Position numbers and translations under genes: made by a program
NCBI GenBank assembly: GCA_963813335.1
Contig: CAWEYL010000006.1
Coordinates: forward strand, 1 to 64,000
Direction of reading: 5' to 3'
Length of the DNA stretch: 64,000 bases
Source of the DNA: an uncultured Chloroflexia bacterium
GTDB taxonomy: Bacteria > Chloroflexota > Limnocylindria > Limnocylindrales > CSP1-4
The notes under the pieces: generated by a model
What the model saw: only the letters and a program-made list of their open reading frames with translations
Database searches by the model: none
What the model was told of the DNA's origin: nothing
Part shown: positions 50,999 to 61,451 of the stretch, one piece after another
How positions within the stretch are numbered: position 1 is the first letter of the stretch
Layout: the number at the start of each line of letters is the position of its first letter

Positions 50999-51394
50999 AT
51001 GACGGATCGACGGCGGACCATCGGCGAGCTGCTCGACGCGGCGCGCGAGCGGATCGACCGGCTCACGCCCCAGCAGGCACGAGCGGAGGTCGAGGACGGG
51101 GCCCTGCTCATCGACATCCGCTGCCAGGAGCTGCGCGTCGCGGCCGGCGCGGTCCCGGGCGCCCGCCACGTGCCCCTGTCGGTGCTGTACTGGCGGCTCG
51201 ACCCGACGTCCGGGAGCGACGATCCGGCGATCAGCGACCCCGACCGCCGGGTCATCCTGCTGTGCGCCCACGGCTATTCGTCCAGCCTCGCCGCGGCGAC
51301 CCTGCGCGACATCGGCTTCAGCCGCGCGACCGACGTGGACGGCGGATTCGAGGCGTGGGCCGCCGCGGGGCTGCCGGTCGAGCCGCTCGCCTAG
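50999..51394 (+). CDS. Single-domain rhodanese-like protein
   Basis: LIDIR, VPGA, LCAHGYSS, DVDGGFEAW. Confidence 0.85.
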   Translation: MTDRRRTIGELLDAARERIDRLTPQQARAEVEDGALLIDIRCQELRVAAGAVPGARHVPLSVLYWRLDPTSGSDDPAISDPDRRVILLCAHGYSSSLAAATLRDIGFSRATDVDGGFEAWAAAGLPVEPLA

Positions 51395-52614
51395 GCCGGG
51401 CGCGTCTCGCGCATGCGGACCAGCACGACGAGACCCGACGCCGCCGTCAGCGCGGCGATGGCGCCGATCGCGAACGGCATGCCCGCCCGATCGGCGAGGA
51501 CGCCGGCGACGATGGCGCCGATCGCGAAGCCCAGGTCGCGCCAGAGCCGATAGACCCCGACCGCGGCGCCGCGCCAGGCGGGTGCCGCGACATCGGCGAC
51601 GGCGGCCAGCAGGGCGGGATAGACCATGGCGGTGCCGAGGCCGAGCAGGGCGGCTTCGAAGAGCCAGGGACCGAACCCCGACGACGCGGCGATGAGGCCG
51701 ATGGCCGCGGCCTGCAGCAGCATCCCCCCGACGATGAGCCCCTTGCGTCCGATCCGGTCCGAGAGGGCACCGGTGCCGACCTGGGCGACGCCCCAGACCG
51801 CGGGATAGACCGCGGCGAGCACCCCGATCTCGGCGATGGCCAGGCCGTGCGACGCGTAGAACAGCGGCAGGAGACCCCACGCCATCCCGTCGTTGAGGTT
51901 GTTCACCAGACCGGCCTGCGATGCCGCCGAGAGCGAGGGATCGCCGAGCGTGGTCCGGGCGAAGACCGCACGCCACGGGATGGGCGGCCCGGGCGATGCC
52001 TCGAGCGCCACGTGACCGCGCGTCTCATGTACGAACAGCACCGAGACGCCGAGGCCGAGGCCGGCGATCGCGAGACCGAGGAAGAACGGCTCGGGCCGGA
52101 GACCGGCCTGGGCCGCGATGTACCCCGTGGCGAGCGCCGTGAGCGCGACCGCGAGGTAGCCGGCCGCCTCGTTCAGCCCCATCGCGAGGCCGCGGCGAGC
52201 CGGCCCGACGAGGTCGATCTTCATGATCACCGTGCTGGACCAGGCCAGCCCCTGGTTGAGCCCGAGCAGGACGTTCGCCACGATCACCCAGCCCCAGACC
52301 GGCGCCCAGATGAGGAGCAGCGGGACGGGCAGCCCGATGAGCCAGCCCGCGACGAGAACGGGCTTGCGCCCATAGCGGTCGGCCAGGGCGCCGGCGGCCA
52401 GGTTGGCGACGGCCTTGGTCACGCCGAAGGCGAGGATGAACGTCAGGATCGCCGTGAACCCGGTGAGCCCGAAGACGTCCCGCGCCATCAACGGCAGGAG
52501 CGTCCGCTCCTGGCCGAGCATCCCGCCCACCAGGCCGTTGACGCCGACCAGCAGCGCGAACTGGCCCGCGTTGGCGCGCAGCCCGAGTCGCGGGGTCGAG
52601 GCCGGGGCCGTCAT
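51391..52614 (-). CDS. MFS transporter
   Basis: GALADRYGRK and GALSDRIGRK motifs; about 12 TM helices. Confidence 0.88.
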   Translation of the reverse strand: MTAPASTPRLGLRANAGQFALLVGVNGLVGGMLGQERTLLPLMARDVFGLTGFTAILTFILAFGVTKAVANLAAGALADRYGRKPVLVAGWLIGLPVPLLLIWAPVWGWVIVANVLLGLNQGLAWSSTVIMKIDLVGPARRGLAMGLNEAAGYLAVALTALATGYIAAQAGLRPEPFFLGLAIAGLGLGVSVLFVHETRGHVALEASPGPPIPWRAVFARTTLGDPSLSAASQAGLVNNLNDGMAWGLLPLFYASHGLAIAEIGVLAAVYPAVWGVAQVGTGALSDRIGRKGLIVGGMLLQAAAIGLIAASSGFGPWLFEAALLGLGTAMVYPALLAAVADVAAPAWRGAAVGVYRLWRDLGFAIGAIVAGVLADRAGMPFAIGAIAALTAASGLVVLVRMRETRPA

Positions 52615-52677
52615 CGCCCGAGTATGGGCGTGCCCGCTCGTCGGTCGGCCCCCTGCCGATTCCGGGCGTCGGTCCAC

Positions 52678-52708
52678 TTGACCTTCAAGTGGCTCGAAGG
52701 TGTACGGT
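52678..52708 (+). promoter_or_regulatory. MerR-type promoter/operator
   Basis: -35 TTGACC (52678-83), 19-nt spacer, -10 TACGGT (52703-08); dyad ACCTTCAAG-TGG-CTCGAAGGT (52681-701); GTG start 6 nt after the -10. Confidence 0.8.
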
Positions 52709-52714
52709 CGTCGG

Positions 52715-53557
52715 GTGAAGGTCTCCGAACTCGCCGAGCGTGCCGGGATCGCGCCATCCGCGGTCCGCTGGTACGAGTCCGTCGGTATCCTGCCCGCCGC
52801 GACCCGGCGGCCCAACGGCTACCGCGAGTACGCCGAGGAGGACCTGGCACGCCTTCGGCTCGTCGTGAGCCTTCGTCGCCTCGGCCTCGGGCCGGAGGAC
52901 GCGGGTCGGATGGCGCGACTGTGCCTCGAGCGCGGCGAAGTCGACCACGACCTGGTGCCGCTGATCGCCGGTCAGCGGGCCGCGATCGCCCGGCAACGTG
53001 ACGACCTGGACCGCCTTGATGGCGAGCTGATCGACCTGGAAGCCACGATCGCCGCCGCTGGCCGCGCGCGCGGCCGCAGGAAGGAACGTCCGATGCCCGA
53101 AGAACCGATCCGCGTGCTGTTCGTGTGCACCGGCAACAGCGCTCGAAGCCAGATCGCCGAAGCCGTCCTGGCTCGTCTCGGCGGCGCCGACTTCGCCGTC
53201 TTCTCGGCCGGCACGGAGCCCAAGGGCGTCAACCCGCTCGCCGTCGCGGTCCTCGACGATGCCGGGATCGATTGGTCGGGCGCACGCAGCAAGTCCGTTG
53301 ACGAGTACCTGGGGCAACCCTTCGACTACGTGATCACGGTCTGCGACCGCGCCCGCCAGTCCTGCCCGGTCTTCCCGGGCACGCACAACACCCTGCACTG
53401 GGGCCTCGAGGACCCCGCCGAGGTCGAAGGCGCCGACGACGTCCGTCGCGCGGCCTTCCAGCGGACCTACCTGGAGCTCAACCAGCGCATCCGCCCGTTC
53501 GTCGAGGTCGCCCTGCGCGCGGCCGGCCGCGGTCGGCGGGCGTCCCTTGCGGGTTGA
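52715..53557 (+). CDS. MerR-family regulator fused to an LMW-PTP-type arsenate reductase (ArsC)
   Basis: VSELAERAGIAPSAVRWYESVG...NGYREY (MerR); FVCTGNSARSQ and ITVCDRARQSCPVFPG (ArsC). Confidence 0.88.
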   Translation: MKVSELAERAGIAPSAVRWYESVGILPAATRRPNGYREYAEEDLARLRLVVSLRRLGLGPEDAGRMARLCLERGEVDHDLVPLIAGQRAAIARQRDDLDRLDGELIDLEATIAAAGRARGRRKERPMPEEPIRVLFVCTGNSARSQIAEAVLARLGGADFAVFSAGTEPKGVNPLAVAVLDDAGIDWSGARSKSVDEYLGQPFDYVITVCDRARQSCPVFPGTHNTLHWGLEDPAEVEGADDVRRAAFQRTYLELNQRIRPFVEVALRAAGRGRRASLAG

Positions 53558-53618
53558 AAGCCTTCAGTCGACACCGTGCCATCGGGCCCTCGTGATCGGG
53601 CCGAACGCCCCATGCGGT

Positions 53619-53640
53619 ACATCAGGCGTTCGTGTGATGT
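53619..53640. promoter_or_regulatory. Inverted repeat upstream of acr3, candidate ArsR operator
   Basis: ACATCA-N10-TGATGT. Confidence 0.4.
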
Positions 53641-53703
53641 TCATCGGGTGATGACACATTCCCGAGCACGCGGCCGACTGCGGTCCACGCGGCCGCCTGA
53701 CCG

Positions 53704-54803
53704 ATGACCGCCCGACTGCTCGCGAAGCTCGAGGACTTCCGCCTCCTGCCCTTCTTCGTGCTCGTTCAGCATGGCGATCGGCATCGCCATCGGGAACCTG
53801 CTCTCGGTCTCGGACTTCGCTCTGACCCCGCCCATCGAGTCGATCAAGGCGATCGCGGCCGGGACCTTCGAGGCAAGCGTCCCGAACCTGATCTCGCTGG
53901 GCGTCCCGATCGGCCTGTTCGCGATGATGTACCCGGCGATGACGAACATCCGCCTCGACGAGGTCGGGCATGCGGCGCGGTCGCCGCGGCAGCTCCTAGT
54001 GCTGTTGGGCTTCAACTACCTCGTCGCGCCGTTCGTCATGCTCGCTCTCGCCAACGTCTTCGTCAGCGACCCGGAGCTGCACACGGGCCTTGTCCTGTAC
54101 GGCCTCGCTCCGTGCATCGCGATGGTCATCATCTTCACGTACCTGGCCCGCGGCAACGCCGCCATGGCGCTCGTCTTCGTCGCGCTCAACTCGGTCATCC
54201 AGATGATCCTCATCCCGGTCTACGCGCGGCTGCTTGATCGGGAACGTCGAGTTCGACGTGACGGTCGTCGCCCAGAGCGTCGTCCTGTATCTCGGTCTGC
54301 CGCTCGTGCTCGGGGTGCTGACGCGATACCTCGTCACGAAGCGCGGCGGCGAGGCGGCGATGGATCGGCTCAAGCCCGGCCTGACCGCGATGTCGATCCT
54401 CGGCCTGCTGTTCACGCTGATCGTCATGTTCGCCCTGAAGGGCGACCTGATCCTGCAGCGTCCGGCCGTCGTCATCGAGATGGCCATCCCGATGATCCTG
54501 TTCTTCCTGACCATGTTCTTCGTGGTCCTGTTCGTCGGCTGGCGCCTGCGGTTCAGCTACGCGGATGCCGTGGCCGTCGCGTTCAGCGCGACCGGTCGCG
54601 ACTTCGAGATCGCCATCGCGATCGCGATCACGGCGTTCTCGCCGACCGTCGCGCTCGCGACCGTCGTCGGGCCGCTGATCGAGGTCCCGGTGATGCTGTT
54701 CCTCGTGTGGTCGGCGATGCGCCTCGCGCCGCGCTGGTTCGGGGTCAGGCCGGGCGAGGCGACGCCGCCCGCCGTCCCGGCGACCGCCAGGCAGGTGGCG
54801 TGA
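53704..54803 (+). CDS. acr3: Arsenite efflux permease Acr3, apparent frameshifts near 53768 and 54235
   Basis: GLFAMMYP, GLAPCIAMV, GRDFEIAIA and VVGPLIEVP spread over three frames. Confidence 0.85.
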
Positions 54804-55138
54804 TGGCCACCCGCATGGAACTGCCGGTCCTGCCGGAACTGCGACTCCAGGTCGTGCCGCCCGACGTGAAGGACGTCGCGGCGAGCGCCGCCCTTCTTGG
54901 GGACCCGATCCGGGCCGGCATCATCGCCATCCTCGGTTCCGGTCCGCATTGCGTCTGCGAGATGGCGGCAGCCCTGGGTGAACGCCAGAACAACGTGAGC
55001 AATCACCTGGCGAAGCTGCGCCGCGCCGGTCTGGTCCGTGCCAGCCGGCACATGGTCGACGCCCGCTGGGTCTACTACGAGCGCGACGAGACCGCCTGTG
55101 CCGCGGCGCTATCGGCGTTCCAACGCCTGCTGCGATGA
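54803..55138 (+). CDS. arsR: ArsR/SmtB family regulator
   Basis: GDPIR...HCVCEM...VSNHLAKLRRAGLV; TGATG overlap with acr3. Confidence 0.85.
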   Translation: MATRMELPVLPELRLQVVPPDVKDVAASAALLGDPIRAGIIAILGSGPHCVCEMAAALGERQNNVSNHLAKLRRAGLVRASRHMVDARWVYYERDETACAAALSAFQRLLR

Positions 55139-56178
55139 CGACACTCGCCGTCCATCGGACCCACCTGCCGTTCTGGCCCGGCGTGGTCCTCGGGGTCATC
55201 GCGTGGCTGATCGCGTGGTTCATCACGCTGCCCCTGGCGAACTGGGTCGCCTACGACCTGCTCGGCCTCCAGGAGGGCTCGCAGCTCGGCGATGCGGTCG
55301 CCTTCTTCCTGTACGACGTGCCCAAGGTCCTGCTGCTGCTGACCGGGATCGTCACGCTCGTCTCGTTCCTCCGTTCGTACGTGTCCCCGGAGCGTGTCCG
55401 GTCCGCCCTCGCCGGCCGTGGCGTGCTGCCGGGGACGATGGCGGCCGCCGGCTTCGGGGTCGTCACCCCCTTCTGCTCGTGCTCGGCGGTTCCGCTGTTC
55501 ATCGGCTTCGTCGAGGTCGGCGTCCCGCTCGGCGTCACCTTCGCGTTCCTCATCGCCTCGCCGATGGTCAATGAGATCGCCATCGTTCTCTTGTGGGGCC
55601 TGTTCGGTCCCGCCGTCACCCTGATGTACATCGCCGCCGGACTCGTCGTCGCTGTCGTGGCGGGCCTGATCATCGGCCGGCTCCACCTGGAGCGCTACGT
55701 GGAGCCGTACGTCTGGGAGATCAAGGCGGGTGGCGCCCGCCCCATCGAGATGAAGCTGACCCTCGAGGACCGGGTTCGTGACGCGTGGACATCCACCCGC
55801 AGCCTCGTCTGGAAGGTCCTGCCGTTCGTGCTGATCGGGATCGGCATCGGTGCCGTCATCCACGGCTTCGTCCCGACGGACCTCGTGGTGTCCATCGGCG
55901 GCAGCGGCAACCCGCTCGCCGTGCCGGCCCTGGTGCTGCTCGGCGTCCCCCTCTACAGCAACGCGGCCGGGACGATCCCGATCATCGAGGTGCTCATCGC
56001 CAAGGGCCTGCCGATGGGCTCGGCCCTTGCCTTCATGATGGCCATCACTGCCCTGTCGTTCCCGGAGATGGTCATCCTCCGGCGGGTCATGAAGCCGCAG
56101 CTCATCGGGGTCTTCGCCGGCGTGGTCGCTGTCGGGATCCTGTTCGTCGGCTACCTGTTCAACGCCCTGTACGCCTGA
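55135..56178 (+). CDS. ArsP/DUF318 family permease
   Basis: TPFCSCSAVP, FLIASPMVNE, GVPLYSNAAG, LSFPEM. Confidence 0.88.
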   Translation: MTTLAVHRTHLPFWPGVVLGVIAWLIAWFITLPLANWVAYDLLGLQEGSQLGDAVAFFLYDVPKVLLLLTGIVTLVSFLRSYVSPERVRSALAGRGVLPGTMAAAGFGVVTPFCSCSAVPLFIGFVEVGVPLGVTFAFLIASPMVNEIAIVLLWGLFGPAVTLMYIAAGLVVAVVAGLIIGRLHLERYVEPYVWEIKAGGARPIEMKLTLEDRVRDAWTSTRSLVWKVLPFVLIGIGIGAVIHGFVPTDLVVSIGGSGNPLAVPALVLLGVPLYSNAAGTIPIIEVLIAKGLPMGSALAFMMAITALSFPEMVILRRVMKPQLIGVFAGVVAVGILFVGYLFNALYA

Positions 56179-56191
56179 AGAGGAGGACGCC

Positions 56192-56437
56192 ATGCGCGTC
56201 ATCGAAGTGCTCGGTCCCGGCTGCCAGAAGTGCCAGTACACCGAGAAGGTGGTTCGCGAGGTGGTGGACGCCGCCGGCATCGACGCCGAGGTCCGGCATG
56301 TGACCGACTTTGGTGAGATCGCCGCGCGCGGCGTCATGTCGACCCCGGGGCTCGTCATCGACGGCACCGTCGTGCTCGCGGGCCGCGTCCCGACGCGCGA
56401 ACAGGTCGCCGGTTGGCTGGGTGTCCACGCTGCCTGA
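56192..56437 (+). CDS. Small redox-active disulfide (thioredoxin-like) protein
   Basis: VLGPGCQKC...GVMSTPGLVIDG; GAGGAG RBS. Confidence 0.88.
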   Translation: MRVIEVLGPGCQKCQYTEKVVREVVDAAGIDAEVRHVTDFGEIAARGVMSTPGLVIDGTVVLAGRVPTREQVAGWLGVHAA

Positions 56438-56552
56438 CCACGCTCGAACGACCCCGGCATAGGGTCATCGAATTGCCGGCCCCGTCAACAGGGGCCGAGT
56501 GCCCCTCCCGCGCACAGGTTCCCGACGCGACTCGGCACTTCCGAGGTAGGAG

Positions 56553-56891
56553 CTAGGCGCGCGCCTCGAGGACGGGCAGCCGGCGCGAGGTCGGTGGCGG
56601 GAGGCCGAGGCTCGGCCCGAAGCCGCCCGCCAGCTCGCGGAACCGCGCGACCGCCGGGGGTCGCAGCGAGTACCAGACCCAGGTGCCCCGTCGCTCGCCC
56701 TGGATCCAGCCGGCGTCGCGGAGGACCTTGAGGTGGTGCGAGACCGTCGGCTGGCTCACGTCGCAGCATGCGGTGAAGTCGCAGGCGCACACCTCGGCCA
56801 CGTCGCTCAGCTGGCGCAGGATCGCAAGCCGGGTGGGGTCGGCGGCGGCCTGCAGGAGCAGCACGTCCGGGTCGGTCTGTCGTTTCATCAC
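56553..56891 (-). CDS. arsR: ArsR/SmtB family regulator
   Basis: ADPTRL...EVCACDFTACCDVSQPTVSHHLKVLR. Confidence 0.88.
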   Translation of the reverse strand: MMKRQTDPDVLLLQAAADPTRLAILRQLSDVAEVCACDFTACCDVSQPTVSHHLKVLRDAGWIQGERRGTWVWYSLRPPAVARFRELAGGFGPSLGLPPPTSRRLPVLEARA

Positions 56892-56895
56892 GACT

Positions 56896-56935
56896 ACTGT
56901 ATTGACAGATGTCTATATCGTCAAGTATCAATACA
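56896..56935. promoter_or_regulatory. Divergent arsR/arsM promoter-operator
   Basis: IR TGTATTGA (56898-905)/TCAATACA (56928-35); TTGACA on +; TTGACG-N17-TACAGT on - just before the arsR start. Confidence 0.65.
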
Positions 56936-56970
56936 CCACACACCCGCCACGGATCCAGGAGCCGACAACC

Positions 56971-57780
56971 ATGACCACCGAGACCATCCATGAGACCGTC
57001 CGCCAGCACTATGCCGACGCGGCGGTCCGCGCCTCCCAGGGCACGTCCTGCTGCAGCGACCCCGAGACGATCGGCGCCAACCTGTACTCCGCGCTCGAGC
57101 GCGACGAGCTGCCCGACGCGGCCGTTCTCGCGTCGCTGGGCTGCGGCAACCCGATCGCGGTCGCCGACCTCCATCCCGGCGAGCGCGTGCTCGACCTCGG
57201 CTCGGGCGGCGGCATCGATGTCCTGTTGTCCGCGAAGCGGGTCGGCCCGACCGGCCGCGCCTTCGGCGTCGACATGACCGACGAGATGCTCGCCCTCGCC
57301 CAGCACAACGCCGCCGAGGCAGGTGCCACCAACGTCGAGTTCCTCAAGGGCCATATCGAGGCGATCCCGCTGCCGGCCGAGTCGATCGACGTCGTCATCA
57401 GCAACTGCGTGGTCAACCTCGCCGCCGACAAGCCCGCCGTGTTCGCCGAGATCGCCCGCGTCCTGCGGCCGGGCGGGCGGATCGGCATCAGCGACATCGT
57501 CGCCGACGACGAGCTCAGCCCGGAGCAGCGCGCCGAGCGCGGCTCCTACGCCGGCTGCATCGCCGGGGCGCTGTCGATGTCGGAGTTCCGCGACGGGCTG
57601 GCGGCGGTCGGCCTCACCGACGTCTCGATCACGCCGTCCCACACGGTGGTCGAGGGGATGGTCAGCGCGATCATCAAGGCATCGAAGCCGGCCGATGCGC
57701 GGCCGCTCATCGACCTCGCCGCACCGCGCGACCTCCCGATGGCCGAGGCCGGCTGCTGCGGCGGGGCGGGCTGCTGCTGA
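56971..57780 (+). CDS. arsM: Arsenite S-adenosylmethionine methyltransferase
   Basis: SLGCGNP, LDLGSGGGID, ISNCVVNL, GCIAGA; Cys-rich ends. Confidence 0.92.
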   Translation: MTTETIHETVRQHYADAAVRASQGTSCCSDPETIGANLYSALERDELPDAAVLASLGCGNPIAVADLHPGERVLDLGSGGGIDVLLSAKRVGPTGRAFGVDMTDEMLALAQHNAAEAGATNVEFLKGHIEAIPLPAESIDVVISNCVVNLAADKPAVFAEIARVLRPGGRIGISDIVADDELSPEQRAERGSYAGCIAGALSMSEFRDGLAAVGLTDVSITPSHTVVEGMVSAIIKASKPADARPLIDLAAPRDLPMAEAGCCGGAGCC

Positions 57781-57840
57781 TGGAGGCCGCGCGCGCCGAG
57801 GCAGGCGACTGGACGCTCGCTCGAGCGACGGCCTGACGTC

Positions 57841-58761
57841 GTGTCAGGGGCCGCGGTCGCCAGGCGTGATCTCGTGGCGCTGGTCATGGCCGCCACCTGC
57901 TGGGGCCTCGGAACGGTCGTCAGCAAGGCGGCACTCAGCGAGGTCCCGCCGCTCACGTTGCTTCCCATCCAGCTGTCCGCCAGCCTCGCCGTCCTCGGCC
58001 TCCTCATGTGGCGTCAAGGGGTCTCGTTCCGCAGCGACGGTTCGCCGCTCCTCGGTCGCCTGGGTCTCCTGAATCCGGGGCTCGCGTATGCCCTGAGCCT
58101 CATCGGGCTCACCACGATCACCGCCAGCATGTCGGTGCTGCTCTGGGCACTCGAGCCATTGCTGATCCTCCTGCTGGCCGCGTGGTTCCTGCACGAGCGG
58201 ATGACCGTCGCCTTCGGGATCCTCTCCCTGGTGGCCGTCCTCGGGATGGTCGTCATCGTCTATGACCCCGGGTCGACCAGCGGTCAGACGATCGGGGTGG
58301 CCCTGACCCTGGCGGGCATCGGCTGCTGCGCGGCCTATTCCGTGATCGCACGGCGCTGGATCCCGGGCGCCCGGGAGACGAGCCAGGTCGTCGTCGCCCA
58401 ACAGGCGCACGCCCTGGTTCTTGCCCTCGGGCTGGTCGTCGTGGCCGGGCTTGCCGGCGGCGCGTTCGTGCCCGCCTCACTCACCCTGCTCGGACTCGCC
58501 AGCGCGATCGGATCGGGTGTCCTCTACTACGCGGGCGCCTACTGGTTCTACCTCGGCGCGTTGCGCCACGTGCCGGCCTCGCTCGCGGCCACGTCCTTCT
58601 ACCTGATCCCGGTCGTCGGGGTCGCAGCCGGTGCGCTGTTGCTTGGCGAGCGACTCGACCCGAAGCAGTGGGTCGGGGTGGCGATCGTCCTCGGGGCCAT
58701 CATCGGGATCGTGCGGCAGCCATCGAGTCGGACAGCGGCGGTGGTCGAGGTAAGGCTGTGA
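57841..58761 (+). CDS. DMT/EamA family transporter
   Basis: Two EamA repeats (FLHER, LLGERL). Confidence 0.85.
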   Translation: MSGAAVARRDLVALVMAATCWGLGTVVSKAALSEVPPLTLLPIQLSASLAVLGLLMWRQGVSFRSDGSPLLGRLGLLNPGLAYALSLIGLTTITASMSVLLWALEPLLILLLAAWFLHERMTVAFGILSLVAVLGMVVIVYDPGSTSGQTIGVALTLAGIGCCAAYSVIARRWIPGARETSQVVVAQQAHALVLALGLVVVAGLAGGAFVPASLTLLGLASAIGSGVLYYAGAYWFYLGALRHVPASLAATSFYLIPVVGVAAGALLLGERLDPKQWVGVAIVLGAIIGIVRQPSSRTAAVVEVRL

Positions 58762-58768
58762 ACGGCCC

Positions 58769-59604
58769 TCAGCTGCGGCGGGCGCCGCCCAGCACTCGAG
58801 CGTCCGGCGTGAACAGGCGGAGCCGTTCACCGAGGAGCAGGATCTCGCGGTCGAGGATCCGGATCAGGCCCTCGAGCCGCGCGACGGTCGTGTCGGCCTC
58901 GAGCAGCGCCTGGCGGCGCGGCAGCTCGATCGAGACGATGCCCGAGAGCAGGTAGGAGAGGACGGTCGGGTCGTCCGGGATCACCAGGTCCGCGGCCGAC
59001 ACCTCCTCCTCGCTCGTCGTCGTCCGGGCCCGCGTCGTCGGGCTCGGCGACCGCCGCGATCGCGCCCATGATCTCCTCGTCGGTGACGGCGTCCTCATCG
59101 TCGTCGTCGTCCGTCGTCCGCGCCGGAGCCGGCCGCCTCGACCTCGACCTGGATGTCGAGCACGTCGGCCGTCTCGCCGTCGCGCGCCCGCATCAGCTCC
59201 AGGTAGCGCACGAAGCGCCCGATGGCCGTCGCCGCCAGCCGCTCGGCTCGCGGCTCGTCGCCGACCTCGTCGTCCAGCGGCGTCACGTCCGCCACGAGGT
59301 ACGCCGCGCTCCCCGCGTCGACCGAATCGATCAGGAAGCGACCGGTCCCGGCCGCGAGCAGGTCGTAGCGCCCGTCCGGATAGCGCCCGGCCCGGCGGAT
59401 CTCGGCGAAGGCGCCGACCCCGGCCAGCGTCGAGATGCTGCGCGGCCCGACCTCGCGGCCGTCGCGGATGAGGACGACCCCGAACGGCTCGCCGGTATCG
59501 AGGCAGCGCCGGGTCATCTCGCGGTAGCGCTCCTCGAAGATGTGGAGGGGCACCACGATCCCCGGGCAGAGCACGGTGTGGAGCGGGAAGAGCGGGATCT
59601 TCAT
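58769..59604 (-). CDS. LON peptidase substrate-binding (N-terminal) domain protein, apparent frameshifts near 59030-59100
   Basis: MKIPLFPLHTVLCPGIVVPLHIFEERY and PDDPTVLSY...RQALLEA lie in different frames. Confidence 0.8.
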
Positions 59605-59678
59605 CGGTCCGGGACCTGCATGAGCGCGGCCATCGGGTGTCGCCGCCGCCGCATCGAGTCTAGTCCGATGGCCGGGTC

Positions 59679-61281
59679 CTAGCCGGCCTCGGGCTCCAGG
59701 CGCGCGGGCGCGAAGGGCGGTCGGCGGACGGTGCGGTCGGCGTCCGACCACGGTCGCTCGGTCGCGACCCTGCCCTCCGGGTTGCCGTCGAAGACGTGCT
59801 GGCGGCCCTTGCCCAGGGCCTTGGCCTGGTACATGGCCACGTCGGCGTCGCTCAGCAGGGCGTCGACCCCGTGCATCGCCTCGGTGTCCACGGCCACGCC
59901 GATGCTCGCGTTGACCTCGACGGGGACGCCGGCGACGGCTCAGCGGCGCCCCCATCGCCGCGAGCAGCCGCTCCGCGACGGTGGTGGCGTAAGCGGGGTC
60001 CGGGATGTCGAGCAGGAGCACACCGAACTCGTCGCCACCGAGGCGCGCGGCCACGTCCGTGGACCGCAGGCCGTCGCGGATCCGCGCGGCCACCGCTACC
60101 AGCAGCTCGTCACCAGCGGCGTGCCCGAGGCTGTCGTTCACGGTCTTGAAGTCGTCGAGGTCCACGAACAGGGCGGCCAGCGAGCCGACACGCTGCCGGG
60201 CCGCGAGCGCCGCGTCCGCCCGGTCGACGAAGCGGCGCCGGTTGGCCAGCCCCGTCAACGGGTCGTGGAAGGCCTGGTAGCTGAGCTGCGATTCGAGGGC
60301 GCGACGCTTGGCGACGTCGCGGGCCAGGATGCCCACGAGGCCGTACAGGCGGGCCAGCACCAGCAGCGAGAGGAGCGCGGTGCCGGCGGCGATGACCGCC
60401 AGCCCGCTGTCCGCATCTGGCCCGAGCGTCACGAGCAGCGGGCCCGTCACCATCGCGGCGGCCAGACAGATCATGCGGACCGGGCCGAGCCAGGTGACCG
60501 CGACCGGCGCGGGGTCGGTCAGGCGCCGCATCGACGGATGGGCGACGGCCGTCCCGAACAGGATGTAGGCGATCAGGTAGAGGCTGTCGAGCGGACCACC
60601 CGCGACGTACGACTCGTCGAGGTTCTGGAACGCGTAGATCTGGTCGGCGACGAGCAGCGCCACCAGGCTCAGCGCGAGCATCCGGAATGCCGGCGTCCTC
60701 GCGCCCGGGGTCGTCAACAGGCCCATCGCCACGCCGATCAGCAGCAGGTCCGCGATCGGGTAGGCGAGGCTGATCGCGAGCGACAGCGTGTCGAGCTCTG
60801 TGTCGGCGGTGAGCGGGCGGATGAAGAAGGTCCACGACAGGATCGCGACGGCGGTCGTCAGGATCGAGGCGTCGAGCAGACCGCCCCGGTCGCCGTCACC
60901 GAGCCGGCGCCTGATCAGCAGCAGCAGCCCGGCCGCGATGAAGGGGTAGCCCGCGAGGTACAGGACGTCGGCCAGGGACGGGAATGGCGACTCGCCGATC
61001 GCCTCGTACCAGTTCCACATGACGTCGCCGGCGACGAACAGGCCCTGCCCGACGGCCATGAGCCACCACGGGAGCCGGCGGTCGGGCTTGTTGCGCGCGA
61101 TCGCGACGAACGCCACCACGACCGCGGACCCGCCGACGATGTCGTAGAACCAGCTCTGGCTGAGGCTGCCGCTCTCGAGGAGCCGGTGGACCACGAGTGC
61201 CAGCGCCCCGAGCGCGAAGTACGCGGCCCAGAGCGGGATGCGACCCGTGGAGCGTCGTTCGTTGGTCAAGTGCCGTACCAC
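59679..61281 (-). CDS. Membrane-bound diguanylate cyclase (GGDEF), apparent frameshift near 59940
   Basis: Multi-TM N-terminus; HDPLTGLANR, DLDDFKTVNDSLGH, RLGGDEF; ADVAMYQAK in ORF 59679-59897. Confidence 0.87.
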
Positions 61282-61451
61282 CGGAAGCGTCGTTCAGCGG
61301 CGTCGATCCGGCCCATGGGTCGACAGTACCGGCGCCCCCGCGCGATGGTCCGACGCACCTCCGCGGAAACGAGCGAACCCGCCGGTCGCCCGGCGGGTCC
61401 TTCGCATCAGATCGAGGTCCGGCGCCTCGTGGCGCCGGAGCGGGGTGTGGG

